From Ruditapes philippinarum (lineage: Eukaryota), in assembly GCF_026571515.1 (NCBI RefSeq), contig NW_026852123.1, positions 310,001 to 374,000 on the forward strand: a stretch of 64,000 nt of DNA. The letters are read 5' to 3'. The first letter of the stretch is position 1. Each line of letters begins with the position of its first letter. Under the pieces are notes generated by a model. That model searched no databases. It had not been told where the DNA came from and was given only the letters and a program-made list of their open reading frames with translations. The translations under genes were made by a program, and so were the position numbers. Shown here one piece after another: positions 1 to 12,929 of the stretch.

Positions 1-32
1 GTTTGAGCAAGATAAAAATAACTAAAGCTTAG
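1..32 (+). CDS. CAV: 3' end of a caveolin core exon (..LSKIKITKA*), truncated by the window start
   Basis: Nearly identical to the end of the 2968-3300 exon (tgtttgagcaagataaaaataactaaagct + stop), followed by the same 3' flank. Confidence 0.8.
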   Translation, partial: LSKIKITKA

Positions 33-1023
33 CCAAGTGAAATAAACTAAGACACAATAGCTGTGTAATGTATTCTAAATATAATCATGTTACAGTGTAA
101 AAATATTTATTATAATATCCGGCAGGCAATGTGTATTTTAAGACTTGTGAATGACTTCTTTGAATGAACAAGAAAATACAAACAAACATTGCAAATGAAT
201 GAAAGAATAAAAATAAATGATCAATTATTAAAGTTTTCGAGTTTCTTTTATTGTGTATGGTCCATGGCCAGCTGTCCATTAGCATACATATAAATGTAGG
301 GAACAGCAAAGTAAAACAAACAGAAGCATATATATATATATAATTCAAGAATACAATAATACAAGGATATAAGACTATAACAAATTCATTGACCACACTA
401 TCAAAACCATTGATTCAGTCAATATTGCAAATTGTAATTATAAGCTGCATGTCTCCAAATGGCCAATCTATTTCGAGAAAACTGAACTTCAGAAAAATGT
501 ACTTAGATTCTAAGGAAAGTAAAAATATTTAAAAATGAAGTAATAATTTCCAAGCAATGTGCTATTATGGACTGTTTTTGCAGTATTTATAGCCATATTT
601 CTACTGCGTTAATAATACAATGACAGCTTGTGTTGCTTTATATACATCATTTTGGTAATGTACGTTGATTGAAAGTGCTGTTTGCAAATTCTTGGTTCAT
701 TTCACAATATTTTACTTTTAAAAACAATTTTAAATTTTTTCAAAAAATAGCATGACACTGAAGACATGCTGCTTTAAATTATCAAATACAAATGCATGTA
801 AAAAGATACATTTTTACAACTTCTTTGAATGTAAACTTGAGACCGCTAGAAGATGTAAATAGCTTCTTTCAAATATTTTCAAATCAAACCTAAGAAATAA
901 TTCAAAATGAATGAGACACAAGCGTGATACCTTTTGCTTTGATGAATTTTCAAATATAATGTCAACTTTTAAAAAATGAGTTCGCGAAAAAGCATGTATC
1001 CTCTTTAATAGAATACGCCACGT

Positions 1024-1347
1024 GAGTTTGAAGATGTGCTTTGTGAACCCGAGGGAATTCGTTCCACTGAATGTTATTGGAAGTTATCCTAAAGATGTTT
1101 CAGTCTCTTGAGAGATTGCGGTTACAAGCTGGCTACACTGCTGTGTGGAATTTGTATGGCTGCATGTCTTGGGTGTCAGTTTGCTTGTGAAGCTCGTAGG
1201 CATATCTGGCTTGTGACTCCAAGAATGAAGAAGCGTGAGATCAAATTCATTGTACTCAGAAAGTTCTACTCTATGTGCATTGACTGTTGTTATGGTCCAA
1301 TCTGTGAGGCTGCTGGTCTCTTTTTGAGCAAAATAAAAATAAAATGA
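1024..1347 (+). pseudogene. Caveolin core-exon pseudogene
   Basis: Reads EFEDVLCEPEGIRSTECYWKLS*RCFSLLRD..., with in-frame TAA at 1090-1092. The splice acceptor is lost through a ~300-nt deletion relative to the 2968 copy, and there are several disruptive substitutions. Confidence 0.85.
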
Positions 1348-2967
1348 AATAAACTAAGACACAATAGCTGTTAAATGTATCTTTAACATTATCATGTTAC
1401 AGTGTACAAATATTTATTCTGAGATCCGTCAGGCAATGTGGTTTTATTCCGAAAAGAAAAACAACTTGTGAAACGACTTCTTTGAATGAACAAGAAAAAA
1501 CAACAAACATTGCAAATGAATGACTGAATGAATGAATTAATTAATAAAATAAATGATCAGATATTAACGTGTTCGAGTATCTTTCATTGTTTGTAGTTCA
1601 TGGCCTATAATCCGTAAGTATACATAAGTAAAGTAGGGAATATAAAAGTAAAACTAACAGAAGCATATAACCAATCCCTTTTTAAACTATATTGACCGAA
1701 TACAAGACTCTAGCAAATTCACTGACTACAAACAAACCATTGATGCGGCCAATATTGCAAATTGTAATACAAATTATTAGATACAAATGCATATAAAATG
1801 TGGAAGTTTTACAGTCATGATACAGATGTCTGAACAATGGCATTTTATTTCGATCTATTCGTGTCTGATCTTTACTCATCATATCCTTCTTCTCCTCCGT
1901 TCTTTTATCACCTTTTGGTTGAGGATGTTGCAACTATTCTACGTACAAGGAAACGTATCATCATCATAAACAGTGCCCTTAAATACCAATGTCTGCCTTC
2001 TCATGACTAATTATAACCACTTTGTGTTGATGATCGTTGGGAATGGACTAGTGTTTCAAACAAATTAATCTGTTCATGGTAAGATGTTCTGATAATTTAT
2101 TGGAATACTCAACGTTTACCCATAACCTGCTGATATTTATGTAATAGATTGGTTCTACATTGAATTTATAACAGTTCATTTAAAGGGATAACAATATTAT
2201 AATATAAAACACTGAGTAAGATACGGTATATATCCTGAACACATGGCCAGACGGCCTGGATGTGCAGACTGACCAGTCTGTACATGGCTAGGCTAAAGTA
2301 ACATCAATACTTTTTCAAAAACAAAGCACTGCTTCGGTTTGAAGTTGTTTTGAAGCACAGTTTTAAATTTACAAGGTATGTTGTTTCTCTTACATGCACA
2401 ACTTGTAGTTTCTTTATAAAAAAATTAATATTTTACAACTTCCAATCTTTGACTTCTTAAAATGTAAGGTAGAGACCGCTAGACGACTGAAATTACTTCT
2501 TTCATTTTTTTTTTCAAATAAAATCTAAGAAATGATTCAACATGAATGAGTTGCAAGCATGACATTCCTTTTCCATGATTTTACTATTTTAAAATCTTTT
2601 CAACTTTAAAAAAAAATGATTTCGCGAAGCCTGCTTTCTCTTTTTCCAATACATGTAAATAGAATACGACAAATAAAGAATTATTTAAAGTCTTCTTCTG
2701 AATCAGCGATAGAAAAAACTTGACATGTAGATTTACTCTTTTTTTCATAGTCAACGATGCAACTGCACATATTAATTTTGGTAGCACGTTTTAAAGCAAT
2801 CTGGTTTAAGTGGTTTTATGGAACAGTATAATAATGCAAATGGCCCCTTAATAGAAAAATTCATAAGTACTTTTATTTTGGTTAACAAACTAATGGCTTA
2901 AATGTAATGCAATATTAAAAGTTTCCTTCATACCATTACTTGAGTGTATAATCTGAATATTTATTAG

Positions 2968-3300
2968 GCAGAGTTTGAAGATGTTCTTGGTGAACCCGAG
3001 GGAGTTCGTTCTATGGAATGCGTCTGGAAGTTGTCCTATAGATGTTTCAGCCTCTGGAGGGATTGCTGTTACAAGCTGGCTACACTGTTGTGTGGAATTT
3101 GTATGGCTGCATGGCTCGGGTGCCAGTTTGCTGGTGTGGCTCTTGATCATATCTGGTGTGTTACTCCAGGATTGAAGATGTGTGAGATCAATTGTATTGT
3201 ATTCAGGAAGTGCTACAATATGTGTATCGACTGTTGCGCTGGTCCAATCTGTGAGGCTGCAGGTCTCTGTTTGAGCAAGATAAAAATAACTAAAGCTTAA
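2968..3300 (+). CDS. CAV: Caveolin core exon (intact, Cys-rich); no own first exon found
   Basis: ttattag|GCA GAG TTT GAA GAT gives AEFEDVLGEPEGVRSMECVWKLSYRCF...LSKIKITKA*; open frame of 110 aa plus stop. Confidence 0.8.
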   Translation, partial: AEFEDVLGEPEGVRSMECVWKLSYRCFSLWRDCCYKLATLLCGICMAAWLGCQFAGVALDHIWCVTPGLKMCEINCIVFRKCYNMCIDCCAGPICEAAGLCLSKIKITKA

Positions 3301-3693
3301 TCAAGTGAAATAAACTAAGAAACAATACTCTTTAACCTTACTTGTAGAAATATTTATTCTGAGATCCGTTAGCCAATGTGTGTTTTCTTTAAACTTGTGA
3401 AATGACTTCTTTGAATGAACAAGTTAAGAAAACAAATATTGCAAATGATGAATAAAATAAATGATAAGATATTAATGTGCTTTGAGTTTCTTATTTGACC
3501 CATGAGCAACTGAATATTAGAACATATTTTAAAGAAGGCATATTGGGAAAAATATGCTGTACGTTTAGTCATATAATTGTTAAATGTACAAATTAGAACC
3601 AACTGTATCTTCTTAAAACATGCCGATTTATCTCATGAGCTTAGCCTTTATTAGCATAACATAACATAAACGGGTGTGTTATAATTAAAGTAA

Positions 3694-3934
3694 AATGAGC
3701 CGTGTTACGACAAAACCAACATAAAGAGTTTGAGACAAGAATGGATCCAGACCAGCCTGCGCATCCGCGCAGTCTGATCAGGATCCATGCTGTTCGCTTA
3801 CAAACCCTATAACGAGTATAGAAACTGATAGCGAACAGCATGGATCCTGATCAGAGGGCGCGGATGCGCAGGCTGGTCTGGATCCATGCTGGTCGCAAAC
3901 CCATTATGTTGATTTTGTCGTGACGCAGCTCAAA
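3694..3934. mobile_element. Palindromic MITE-like non-autonomous DNA element (~240 bp)
   Basis: Near-perfect fold-back: tgagccgtgttacgacaaaaccaacataa...ggatccagaccagcctgcgcatccgcgc versus gcgcggatgcgcaggctggtctggatcc...ttatgttgattttgtcgtgacgcagctca. Confidence 0.8.
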
Positions 3935-4282
3935 TATCTTTCACACACACAAACACAAATGAATATGCCTTGCATCTTACTTTTTGTAGACGCGAATTAG
4001 ATGCGCCTTGATTTATTAACATCAGCTACTTATTAGAAAGGAACCGTGATAGAAAGCCTTTGTTATTCATATTAACATAGCACCTGTATTTCATTTTACT
4101 TAAATAGGAACTCTTGGAAGTGTAACACATGCTACTTGATATCCGTGTATACTTTTAATTACGTTTTTTACAAAACAGTTACCACATACAGCATAAAGAA
4201 TCATTTAAAATTGTGCCTGCCTTTCATTAACGGTATAGATTTATAAACAGGGTACATTTGATATGATTTTTTTACTTTTATG

Positions 4283-4397
4283 TCATAATTTGGTTTGTTT
4301 TTTATTCTGTGAACCGTTTTATGTTAACATATTTGACTTTCATTTCATAATTTGGTTTGTTTTTTATTCTGTGAACCGTTTTATGTAAACATATATT
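4283..4397. repeat. Two-copy ~63-bp tandem duplication
   Basis: tcataatttggtttgttttttattctgtgaaccgttttatgt occurs twice. Confidence 0.8.
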
Positions 4398-4888
4398 TGC
4401 ATAAATGTGTTTGAATTTAATACCGGTAATTTGATTAAAGATTTGATTGGCATGTCAATTATAATGCAACATTTTCCAAAATGACGAGTGGAAGTGGAAC
4501 TCCAATGAGGTTTATATAACCGCAATGGATTTGGTAATATATTTTTCCAGATTAATACCGTTTATTAATGGTGTATAGTAAACCAATAATTTGTGTGCAA
4601 AATTTCAGATCATTCGCTTACTTTGTTTTATTTTCATGAATATCCATATTCATTGTGTAAAATGACCAAAAATAAAAAGAGTTTAAACCGTTTTCACTCA
4701 AATAGGGATGAAAAAATAGAAGGCTTAAAGTCGATTTTAGAATTTATTTTTAGTGCATTTCTTTTTTAATATTTTTCAATTTAAAGTGCTCAGTTGGTCT
4801 TTTCAACCAGATTTTATGTTTTAGCGACCATTGAGTTACTTCAATTACTTCAATTTATAACAGTTCCTAATTTCCATGTTTCCTTTAG

Positions 4889-5224
4889 ATTGACTTCCAT
4901 GATTCATTTGGTGAACCAGACGGAATACATAGCATTGACTGTGTGTGGACACACAGTTACAAATGCTACACATGTGGAAAGAACTGCTGTTACAAAACAG
5001 TCACTCTCCTCTTCGGCATCTTTATCGCTCTAGCTTGGGGATGTGAGTTTGCCATGACCGCATTTTGGCATATCTGGCTGTGTACCCCGCAGTTGAGATG
5101 GTATTCTATATGGTGTGGAATGTTTCAGAAATGTTTTGGTACAACAGTAAACTGTTTCCTTTCGCCAGTCTGCGAAGCGTGCGGCCTGTTTCTCAATAGC
5201 ATGAGATTGAGACAAGATCGATGA
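4889..5224 (+). CDS. CAV: Divergent caveolin core exon (IDFHDSFGEPDG signature); no own first exon found
   Basis: tttcctttag|ATT GAC TTC CAT gives IDFHDSFGEPDGIHSIDCVWTHSYKCY...WGCEFAMTAFWHIWLCTP...CEACGLFLNSMRLRQDR*. Confidence 0.8.
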   Translation: MDFHDSFGEPDGIHSIDCVWTHSYKCYTCGKNCCYKTVTLLFGIFIALAWGCEFAMTAFWHIWLCTPQLRWYSIWCGMFQKCFGTTVNCFLSPVCEACGLFLNSMRLRQDR

Positions 5225-6265
5225 TGACTTAAATCACTTTTGTATCCCCAAATCTCACAACCGCAAAATTCTAAAAGCAAACATTTAAAGTAACTGCTGG
5301 CTCAGATAATGAATTGACGCATATAAAAGATAGCTGGTAAATTTCTAAAGACTTATTTTAAGTAAGTTTGATATATCGGAGTCGCAAATTGCGTGAACAC
5401 AAATAGCACTATTAGCTTTTTTTTAATTTTCGTTACTAATGACCACTACGAGAGCTAAATCTCTGTCATTATACGGATATCAAAAATAGATTCAGGTTAA
5501 TGTATAGATATATATACGTGGCTAATTATCTTGAAAACTGAAAAACGTCTTTAAAAGATTTTATGGAAAAAAAAACAAACTTTGTGAGTGATATTTTGAG
5601 TTTTATGATGCATTTTTAACATTTAAACCAGTAAAAAATACCACATAAACAGATGTTTTCCCCTGAAACGAAATTATTTGTTGTTTTCTTCTAAAACAAC
5701 ACAAATCATTGTCGTAATAAAGCCCATTAACCATCGGAGGTTGTCCCGTACAGACGGAGTGATAGACCAACGGACGTACGGAGTGACTAAGCAAAATCCC
5801 TAGGCCCTCGAACTTTATTAACTAAATAGGAACTATAAGTTCACATTTTAGAACCTAACCTAACTATACAGTTTTAAAAAAAAAACCCAGAAGTATCTTG
5901 ACTTAAGAGTATATTAAGAAGAGCTGGAGAGAATACTGTTTAACTTTTCTCATTAAGGATACTGTTTAACGATCCTTATAAACAACATAATAGAAAAGTC
6001 AGAAAATGTTATTTTTTTACGCTTGATAAAGCTTGTTCTTAAATATACTTCAAATACGACTAGAAACGCTTAAGAACAATTCAAATATATTTAAAAATAG
6101 TCTATGATATTATAAACTGTTTTTTTTTTACAAAAATGTAAATTTTATCAATGTTCATTTAGTCCAAACTCTTAACATCGATGACACAATTACAGTGAAT
6201 TAGCTATGTGGTGTAAAACATTTTCAGGTTTACTTCTTGGTCAGCAAACATAACATCAAATCTAT

Positions 6266-6915
6266 AAAAATCAAATTTGAAATTATACCAGATAGTTAAA
6301 TATCTTAATATCTAAATGTGCTGTATTTCAAGTTTCAGTGCTTAGAATCGCGTTTCAAATAATTGGGGAAAAGGCGGGAAAAGTCATCACAATAATATTA
6401 TTTGCAAATATGTCGTTATCACCTGTTTGAGGAAATTTCTATTTAATCAATGTCAAAATTTCAGAATTGAACAAAAATAGTAAACAGTAATGAAAAAATA
6501 TTAGTATATATCCCACCATATGCGGTTCTGCGGAATTGAGTCTGGTCCCCACAGGGGCCAGCCGGAATTGGCCAGATATGAGCTGTATAGTACGATTTTC
6601 GGCACAACGTCGGCAAAATACCAGGACACACAATGCACAATACATATATTCTTCAATCTGTTGTCGGATTTTCTTTCATCTTATATAGCCTTGATTTCTG
6701 TTTTTTTGGCTAGCCGTAATAGCCGGAGATCGTTGTTATAAGTAATTTGACATTACATTATGGAATAATCCAATGGTCTTTTGCACAAGTTTTACCGTAT
6801 CATCTATGGCCAGCCTGTATAACCAGAACCGGATTCCGGCCAGCCGAAGTAGTCGGAACAGCCGGAGTTGACAAAAATAAATTCCGGCTGTTCCAGCTGT
6901 CTGGCTACTATCACG
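6266..6915. mobile_element. ~650-bp segment specific to duplicate A (putative interspersed element)
   Basis: Absent from the homologous site in copy B (~10305-10335); contains recurrent GC-rich cagccgg/ccggct motifs. Confidence 0.5.
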
Positions 6916-7131
6916 AACATTCTTAATATATGTATTGTTTTATTATCGTAAAATCCTATCTTATTACATAGGTTTTAAACTGCTTTTTTCATATATAAAA
7001 GAATGTATTTTACATGATCAAAAATCCGATTTTTATTGTTGTTGAAGACAGTATCACGGTTAAGTCTTGATACATACAATAGGTAGGACAAAACAAAAGG
7101 ATTGTTTAATTGACAACTGAATTAATTAAAG

Positions 7132-7137
7132 TATAAA
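7132..7137 (+). promoter_or_regulatory. Candidate TATA box of the caveolin gene at 7219
   Basis: TATAAA 87 nt upstream of the ATG, conserved in the duplicate (10579-10584). Similar motifs precede other copies (18797-18804 -, 22556-22561 -, 23688-23694 +, 52506-52513 -, 57213-57219 +), but AT-rich background limits specificity. Confidence 0.5.
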
Positions 7138-7218
7138 TGTAATTACTTTGTAAAAAACGTCCAGTCGCTTGTTGAACACACTCACGAACAGAGCAACCGA
7201 AACTTTAATCGAGGCAAG

Positions 7219-7872
7219 ATGGGAGATGTTGACCTTATAAACAGAGATCCAAATGCTATCAATCCGCATTTAAAGGTAACATTTTATTTTTTTATATAAA
7301 ATATTCATCATTTCATTCATTTTTCAAAAAAAAGAATCATTTATTTACCTTTATTATATATTTTTTTCAAGTTTTTTAATTATTTTTAAAATGTTCATCG
7401 TTACCCGGATTCTTTTCATACAAACACTTAACACAATTTTAAAATGCATTTCTTTAATTGAAAGTGTGAAAAAAAAGAAAAGAAATTTTGTTCTTTATAT
7501 TCTTGAATTGATTAAGTGTTATTGTTTATTCAGTGTGCCTTCGAAGATGTTTTGGCTGAACCAGATGATATCCACAGCATGGATTTTTGCTGGAATCTAT
7601 CCTATTCCTGCTTCAACTTCTGGAAGAACTGCTGCTATAAGCTCAGCACTTTCTTGTGTGGTTGCTGCATAGCTATCGAATTAGGATGTGAATTTGCCGG
7701 CCTTGCCTTCACACACATTTGGTGTATCACACCTTGCCTTAGAATTGTTGCTATCAACTGCACCCCGTACCAGAAATTGTGGGGAGTTTGCTGTAACTGC
7801 TGCGTATCTCCAGTTTGTGAAGCTTGTGGAATGTACTGGTCTCAAATCAAAATTAACATGCAAAAGTCTTAA
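7219..7872 (+). CDS. CAV: Caveolin, Cys-rich minimal type, 131 aa; exons 7219-7275, 7534-7872
   Basis: MGDVDLINRDPNAINPHLK|gt..ag|CAFEDVLAEPDDIHSMDFCW...SQIKINMQKS*; phase-0 GT-AG intron. Confidence 0.93.
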
Positions 7873-10667
7873 CGAATTATCGGTAGTGTTTCATAAAGAT
7901 AATATTCTGAAAGTTTTGATAATGTAAGAATACTAGTTTGTAATGAACGCTTTTTAAATTTTGTTTAACATCAGAAGTATTCCAATTCCAGTTACTATTA
8001 CCTCTGTAACTTGGCAAAACATGTTGTTATAAAGCAACAAATCACAGCAAAACAGCAAACATTTCTAGACTAAGACTAATATATTTTATGTAATGTAATG
8101 ATTATATTGGCGAAAGCTTGTGTTTTTTGGTTTTTTTTTTATTATTTATTAATAAATATATATGTGTAAAATTGTTAACCTGGACATGGATTTATATGAG
8201 TTAAAACCTATCTTTTTTAATCTAGATAGTGAAACAAGGTTTTACTTCTAATTTTGATCACATTCTAGTCTATTAACTTGGACTAAAATTACTGGTGTAA
8301 TATAAGAAAGAGTTGTCATATCTCGAGCATATCTTGAACCCTCGATCTCTTGGTTTCGGCACCTTAACCACTATGCAATCGCTTCCCATGGATTATTATA
8401 ATTCTCTTAACATCTTATAAAATGGACAGATGTACCTGAGTGCTCTTATTATTATACCGGTCACATAAGAATATTTTGCGCCCCTTATTTCTAACGGAAG
8501 GTCGTGGGTTAATCAAGGTCCGACCAGGCCCTCAAACAACTAATTGCTAGGGAAACGTTACCCTTTCTTTGAATGGAAAATTTAAAAGTCGTTCTGGTTT
8601 CATTCGTATGGATGTTTCCTTTTTTATCTTTTCAATGGATGTGTTGTCTTTATTGGATAACGGAGAATGGCCATTTACTATAATATATTTAAGAAATAAT
8701 GTACTGCAGAGAGTGATTTTATCGCTTAGTAAAATCACTGTTTGGAGGTCGGTTGCGAGGAATTATGCGAGCCGAAGGACAAACAGTGATTTTATCAAGA
8801 ATGCATATTCTAACACGACCTGCATTTTTCCCTATTGAACACAGAAGAACCGAATGTGTGTATAATAATGCAATCATTGTTTGACGTTGTATACTTAGAC
8901 ATGTGACGGAATCATTTTACACGTGACGTTACCATACTGAAAATAAGCGCGGAAACAAACAGGCGCAATTTAGCTTAATATTGGTTTAATAACAGGTACG
9001 GCAGCATTTATTTATTAATGTCGTGTAAGAATCGAAATAATATATCAAATTCGGTGATTTTATCGCTTTATAAACAAAAGAAATAATAAGAAAAAAAAGA
9101 ATTTTAAAAACATCCAGGCACACTGACGAATAGGGAAACCGAAGCTTTAACCAGATGCTCAATCAAACCGAGTCTGCAACATTTTCAATTTTATCGTTTT
9201 CGGCGTTCTTTTCCCTATTTTATTAGTTGAAAGAAACGAAGATTGCGTTAATGTGTTATTGTAAGGGGACAGTAACTTTTTTAAAATAAACATACAAATA
9301 TTTGAGTCAAATGCTATGCGGCTATTCACATTTTTGCCCCATTATTTCTCTTACGATTGCTGTATTTTTTTGCCCTTTGAGGATTTTAATTTCACTATCT
9401 TTTGTTTTGAGGAATAAACACTGCTTTAGCGTAAATATAAAGTCGAAAACTAAACCTCCCTATTATTGAACTGTGTTGTTTGCTTTTGACTTTCGATGAA
9501 TATCTCTTTTCAACAGATTAGTGAAAAACAGCACCCTTAAAGCAGCACGCTTCCAATGTGGTTAATTATCTTGAAAACTGAAATACGTCTTTAAAATATT
9601 TTATGTAAAAAACTGTGTGTGTTATGTTTGGCTCATGAGCTTTTTGATATTTATGTTGCATTTTCAACATTTAAACAAGTAAAAAATATCACATTAACAG
9701 ACGTTTTCACGTAAACCGAAATGTTATATTGTTTCCTTCTTTTACAACACAAATTATGGCCGTAATAAAGCTCATTAACCATTGGATGTTGCCCCGTACA
9801 GACGGAGTGATAGACCAACGGACATACTGATGGACTAAGTCCTTGAACTTAATTAACTAAATAGGAACTACGAGTTCACATTTTAGAACCAAACTATACA
9901 GTTTTGAAAAAAAAAGACAGAAGTATCTCTACTTAAGAGTATATTAAGAATTAAGAAGAGCTGGAGAGGATAATGTTTGACGATCCTCATTAAGGACACT
10001 GTTTAAAGATCCTCATTTACGACATAAAAGAAAAGTCAGAAAAATGTTATTTTTTCCGCTTGATAAAGCTTGCTCTTAAATACACTACAAATACGACTAG
10101 TAACACTTAAGAACAATTCAAATAAATCAAAGATAGTCTATGGTATCATACACTGCATTTTTTACAAAAAATGTTAATTTTATCAATGTTGTTTTTTTTT
10201 GTCCAAACTCTTAACATCGATGACACAATTACGGTGATTGGCTATGTGGTGTAAAACATTTTCAGGTTTACTTCTTGGTCGGCAAACATAACATCAAATC
10301 TATACAACATTTGGTCCGACAAGCATTATATACATTTCTCAATATATGTATTGTTTTATAATCGTAAAATCCTATATTATTGCATAGTTTTTAACTTAAG
10401 TTAATTTAATATGTAAAAGAATATTTTGTTACAGTCACGACGATTCGTTTAGATTAAATTCAAAGATGTATTTTGCATTATCAAAAATCCGATTGTTCGT
10501 TGAAGACATTATATCGGTTCAGTCAATAGGTAGGACAAAACAAAAGGATTGCTTAATTGACAACTGAAATAATTAACGTATAAATGTAATTACTTTGTTA
10601 AAAAAACGTCCAGTCGCTTGTTGAACACACTCACGAACAGAGCAACCGAAACTTTAATCTAGGCAAG

Positions 10668-11296
10668 ATGGGAGACGTTGACCTTATAAACAGAGATCCA
10701 AATGGTATCAATCCACATTTAAAGGTAACATTTTAATTTTTTATATGAAATAAACATCATTAAAATTTCAAAAAAGAATCATAAAAAATCATAAAATTTA
10801 CCTTTATTATTTTTTTTTTCAACTTTTATAATTATTTTTAAAATGTTCACCGTTACCCAGATTCTTTTCATGCAAACATTTAACACACACTTGAAATGAA
10901 TATCTTTAATTGGAAGTGCAAAAAAAAATTGTTAATATTTATATATTGTTTATTCAGTGTGCCTTCGAAGATGTTTTGGCTGAACCAGATGATATCCACA
11001 GCATGGATATGTGCTGGAAACTCTCCTATTCCTGCTTCAACTTCTGGAAGAACTGCTGCTATCGACTAAGCACTTTCTTGTGTGGTTGCTGCATAGCTAT
11101 GGAATTAGGATGTGAATTTGCCGGCCTTGCCTTCCAACACATTTGGTGCATAACGCCTTGCCTTAGAATTGTTGCCATCAACTGCACCCCGTACCAGAAA
11201 TTGTGGGGAGTTTGCTGTAACTGCTGCATATCTCCAGTTTGTGAAGCTTGTGGAATGTACTGGTCTCAAATCAAAATTAACATGCAAAAGTCTTAA
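10668..11296 (+). CDS. CAV: Caveolin, Cys-rich minimal type, 131 aa; exons 10668-10724, 10958-11296
   Basis: MGDVDLINRDPNGINPHLK|CAFEDVLAEPDDIHSMDMCW...; near-identical paralog of 7219-7872. Confidence 0.93.
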
Positions 11297-11925
11297 CGAA
11301 TTATCGGTAGTGTTTCAAAGAGATGATATTCTGAAAGTTTTGATAATGTAAGAATACTAGTATATAATGAATGCCTTTTAAATTTTGCTTAACATCAGAA
11401 GTATTCCAGTTCCGATTACTATTACCTTTGTAACTTTGCAAGACATGTTGTTATAAAGCAACAACTCACAGCAAAACAGCAAACATCTCTAGACTAAGAC
11501 TAATATATTCAATGTAATTTAATGATTATATTGGCGAAAACTTGTGTTTTTTCGGTTTTGTTTTTTTTATTATTTATTAATAAATATATATGTGTAACAT
11601 TGTAAACCTGGACATGGATTTATATGAGTTAAAACCTATATTTTCTAATCTAGATTGTGAAACAAGTTTTTGCTACTAATATTCTATTAACTTGGACTAA
11701 AATTACAAGTGTAATATAAGAAAGCGTTGTCATACCTCGAGCTTATCTTGAACCCTCGATCTCTTGGTTTCGGCACCTTAACCACTATGCAATCGTATCC
11801 CGTAGATTTTTATAATTCTCTGAACATCTTATAAAATGGACAGATATACCTCATTAAGACCGGTGACATAAGAATATTTTGCGCCCCTTATTTCTAACGG
11901 AACAACTAATTGCTAGAGAAACGTT

Positions 11926-12770
11926 TCTAGAACGCCGTCACTGTCTTATGTAATCAATGTTTTTTGTTATGTTGTGAAAAGATGATATTATTTTGTCGTT
12001 TGAGCGTGTTAACATGAGCAATTTTCATTGGAACATGCTGACTCACAAACAGCTTGTCAAATTATTATGATCACAGGTGCAGACAGCATGCTAACTTGTC
12101 ACAGTCTCGTGATGACTTGTGAAAACAACATGTTAACTTGTCAAAGTATAAATATGACTTGTGCAAATGCCATGGTAACTTGTCAAAATGTAATGATGAC
12201 TTGTGCAAGCGACATGTTTACTTGTCGAATTATTGTAATGACATTTGCAAACAGCATGTAACTTGTCAAAGTGACATGATGACTTGTGATGACTTGTGCA
12301 AACACCATGTTAACTTGTCAAAGTATAATGATGACTTGTGCAAACGACATGTTAAATTGTCGAATTATCGTGATGACATGTGCATACAGCATGTTAACTT
12401 GTCAAAGTTTCATGATGACTTGTGCAAACAGCATGTTAACATGTCAAATTACCATGATGACTTGTGAAGACAACATGTGAACTTGTCAAAGAATCGTGAT
12501 AACTTGTGCAAATGACATGTTATCTTGTATCATGCTGACATGCACATGTTTGCACATGTCATTATGATACTTTGACAAGTTAACATGTTGTCTGCACATG
12601 TCATAATGATTATTTGACAAGTTAACATGCGGTTTGAACAAGTCAGCATTGTCTGTAGACAAGATATGATGTACATTGCACATGTTAATATGCTTAAATG
12701 ACAAAAAAATATCATCATTTCAGAAGATAGCAAAACTATTGATAGCATAAGACAGTCACGGCGTTCCATA
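11926..12770. mobile_element. Foldback-type TIR element with internal 42-bp tandem repeats
   Basis: TIRs tctagaacgccgtcactgtcttatg... / ...cataagacagtcacggcgttccata. AACGTT is duplicated at 11920-11925 and 12771-12776, and empty sites are visible at ~8554 and ~15479. The 42-bp unit switches orientation near 12540. Confidence 0.85.
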
Positions 12771-12929
12771 AACGTTGTTCTTTCTTTTCATGAAAATTTG
12801 AAAGTCGTTCTGGTTTCATTAGTGTGGATGTTTCTTTTTATCTTTTCAATGGATGTGTTGTCTTCGAATTATGGATATCGGAGAAAAACGATTTACTGTA
12901 ATATATTTAGAAATAAAATACTCCAAACT

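Noticed and set aside
2076-2083. ATG|GTAAG as a Met-only first exon for the 2968 exon
   Set aside because: An 8-mer that can occur by chance, not seen upstream of sister copies.
4663-4735. NRDEKIEGLK stretch as a degenerate first exon for the 4889 exon
   Set aside because: No in-phase GT donor and only a three-residue resemblance.
12028-12769. Met/Thr/Cys-rich periodic ORFs (MLTCQSIMMTCAN repeats)
   Set aside because: They are translations of the 42-bp repeat inside the foldback element, present in several frames and both strands and interrupted by stops.
11926-12770. CRISPR-like array
   Set aside because: Contiguous degenerate repeats without unique spacers, in a eukaryotic context with no cas genes.
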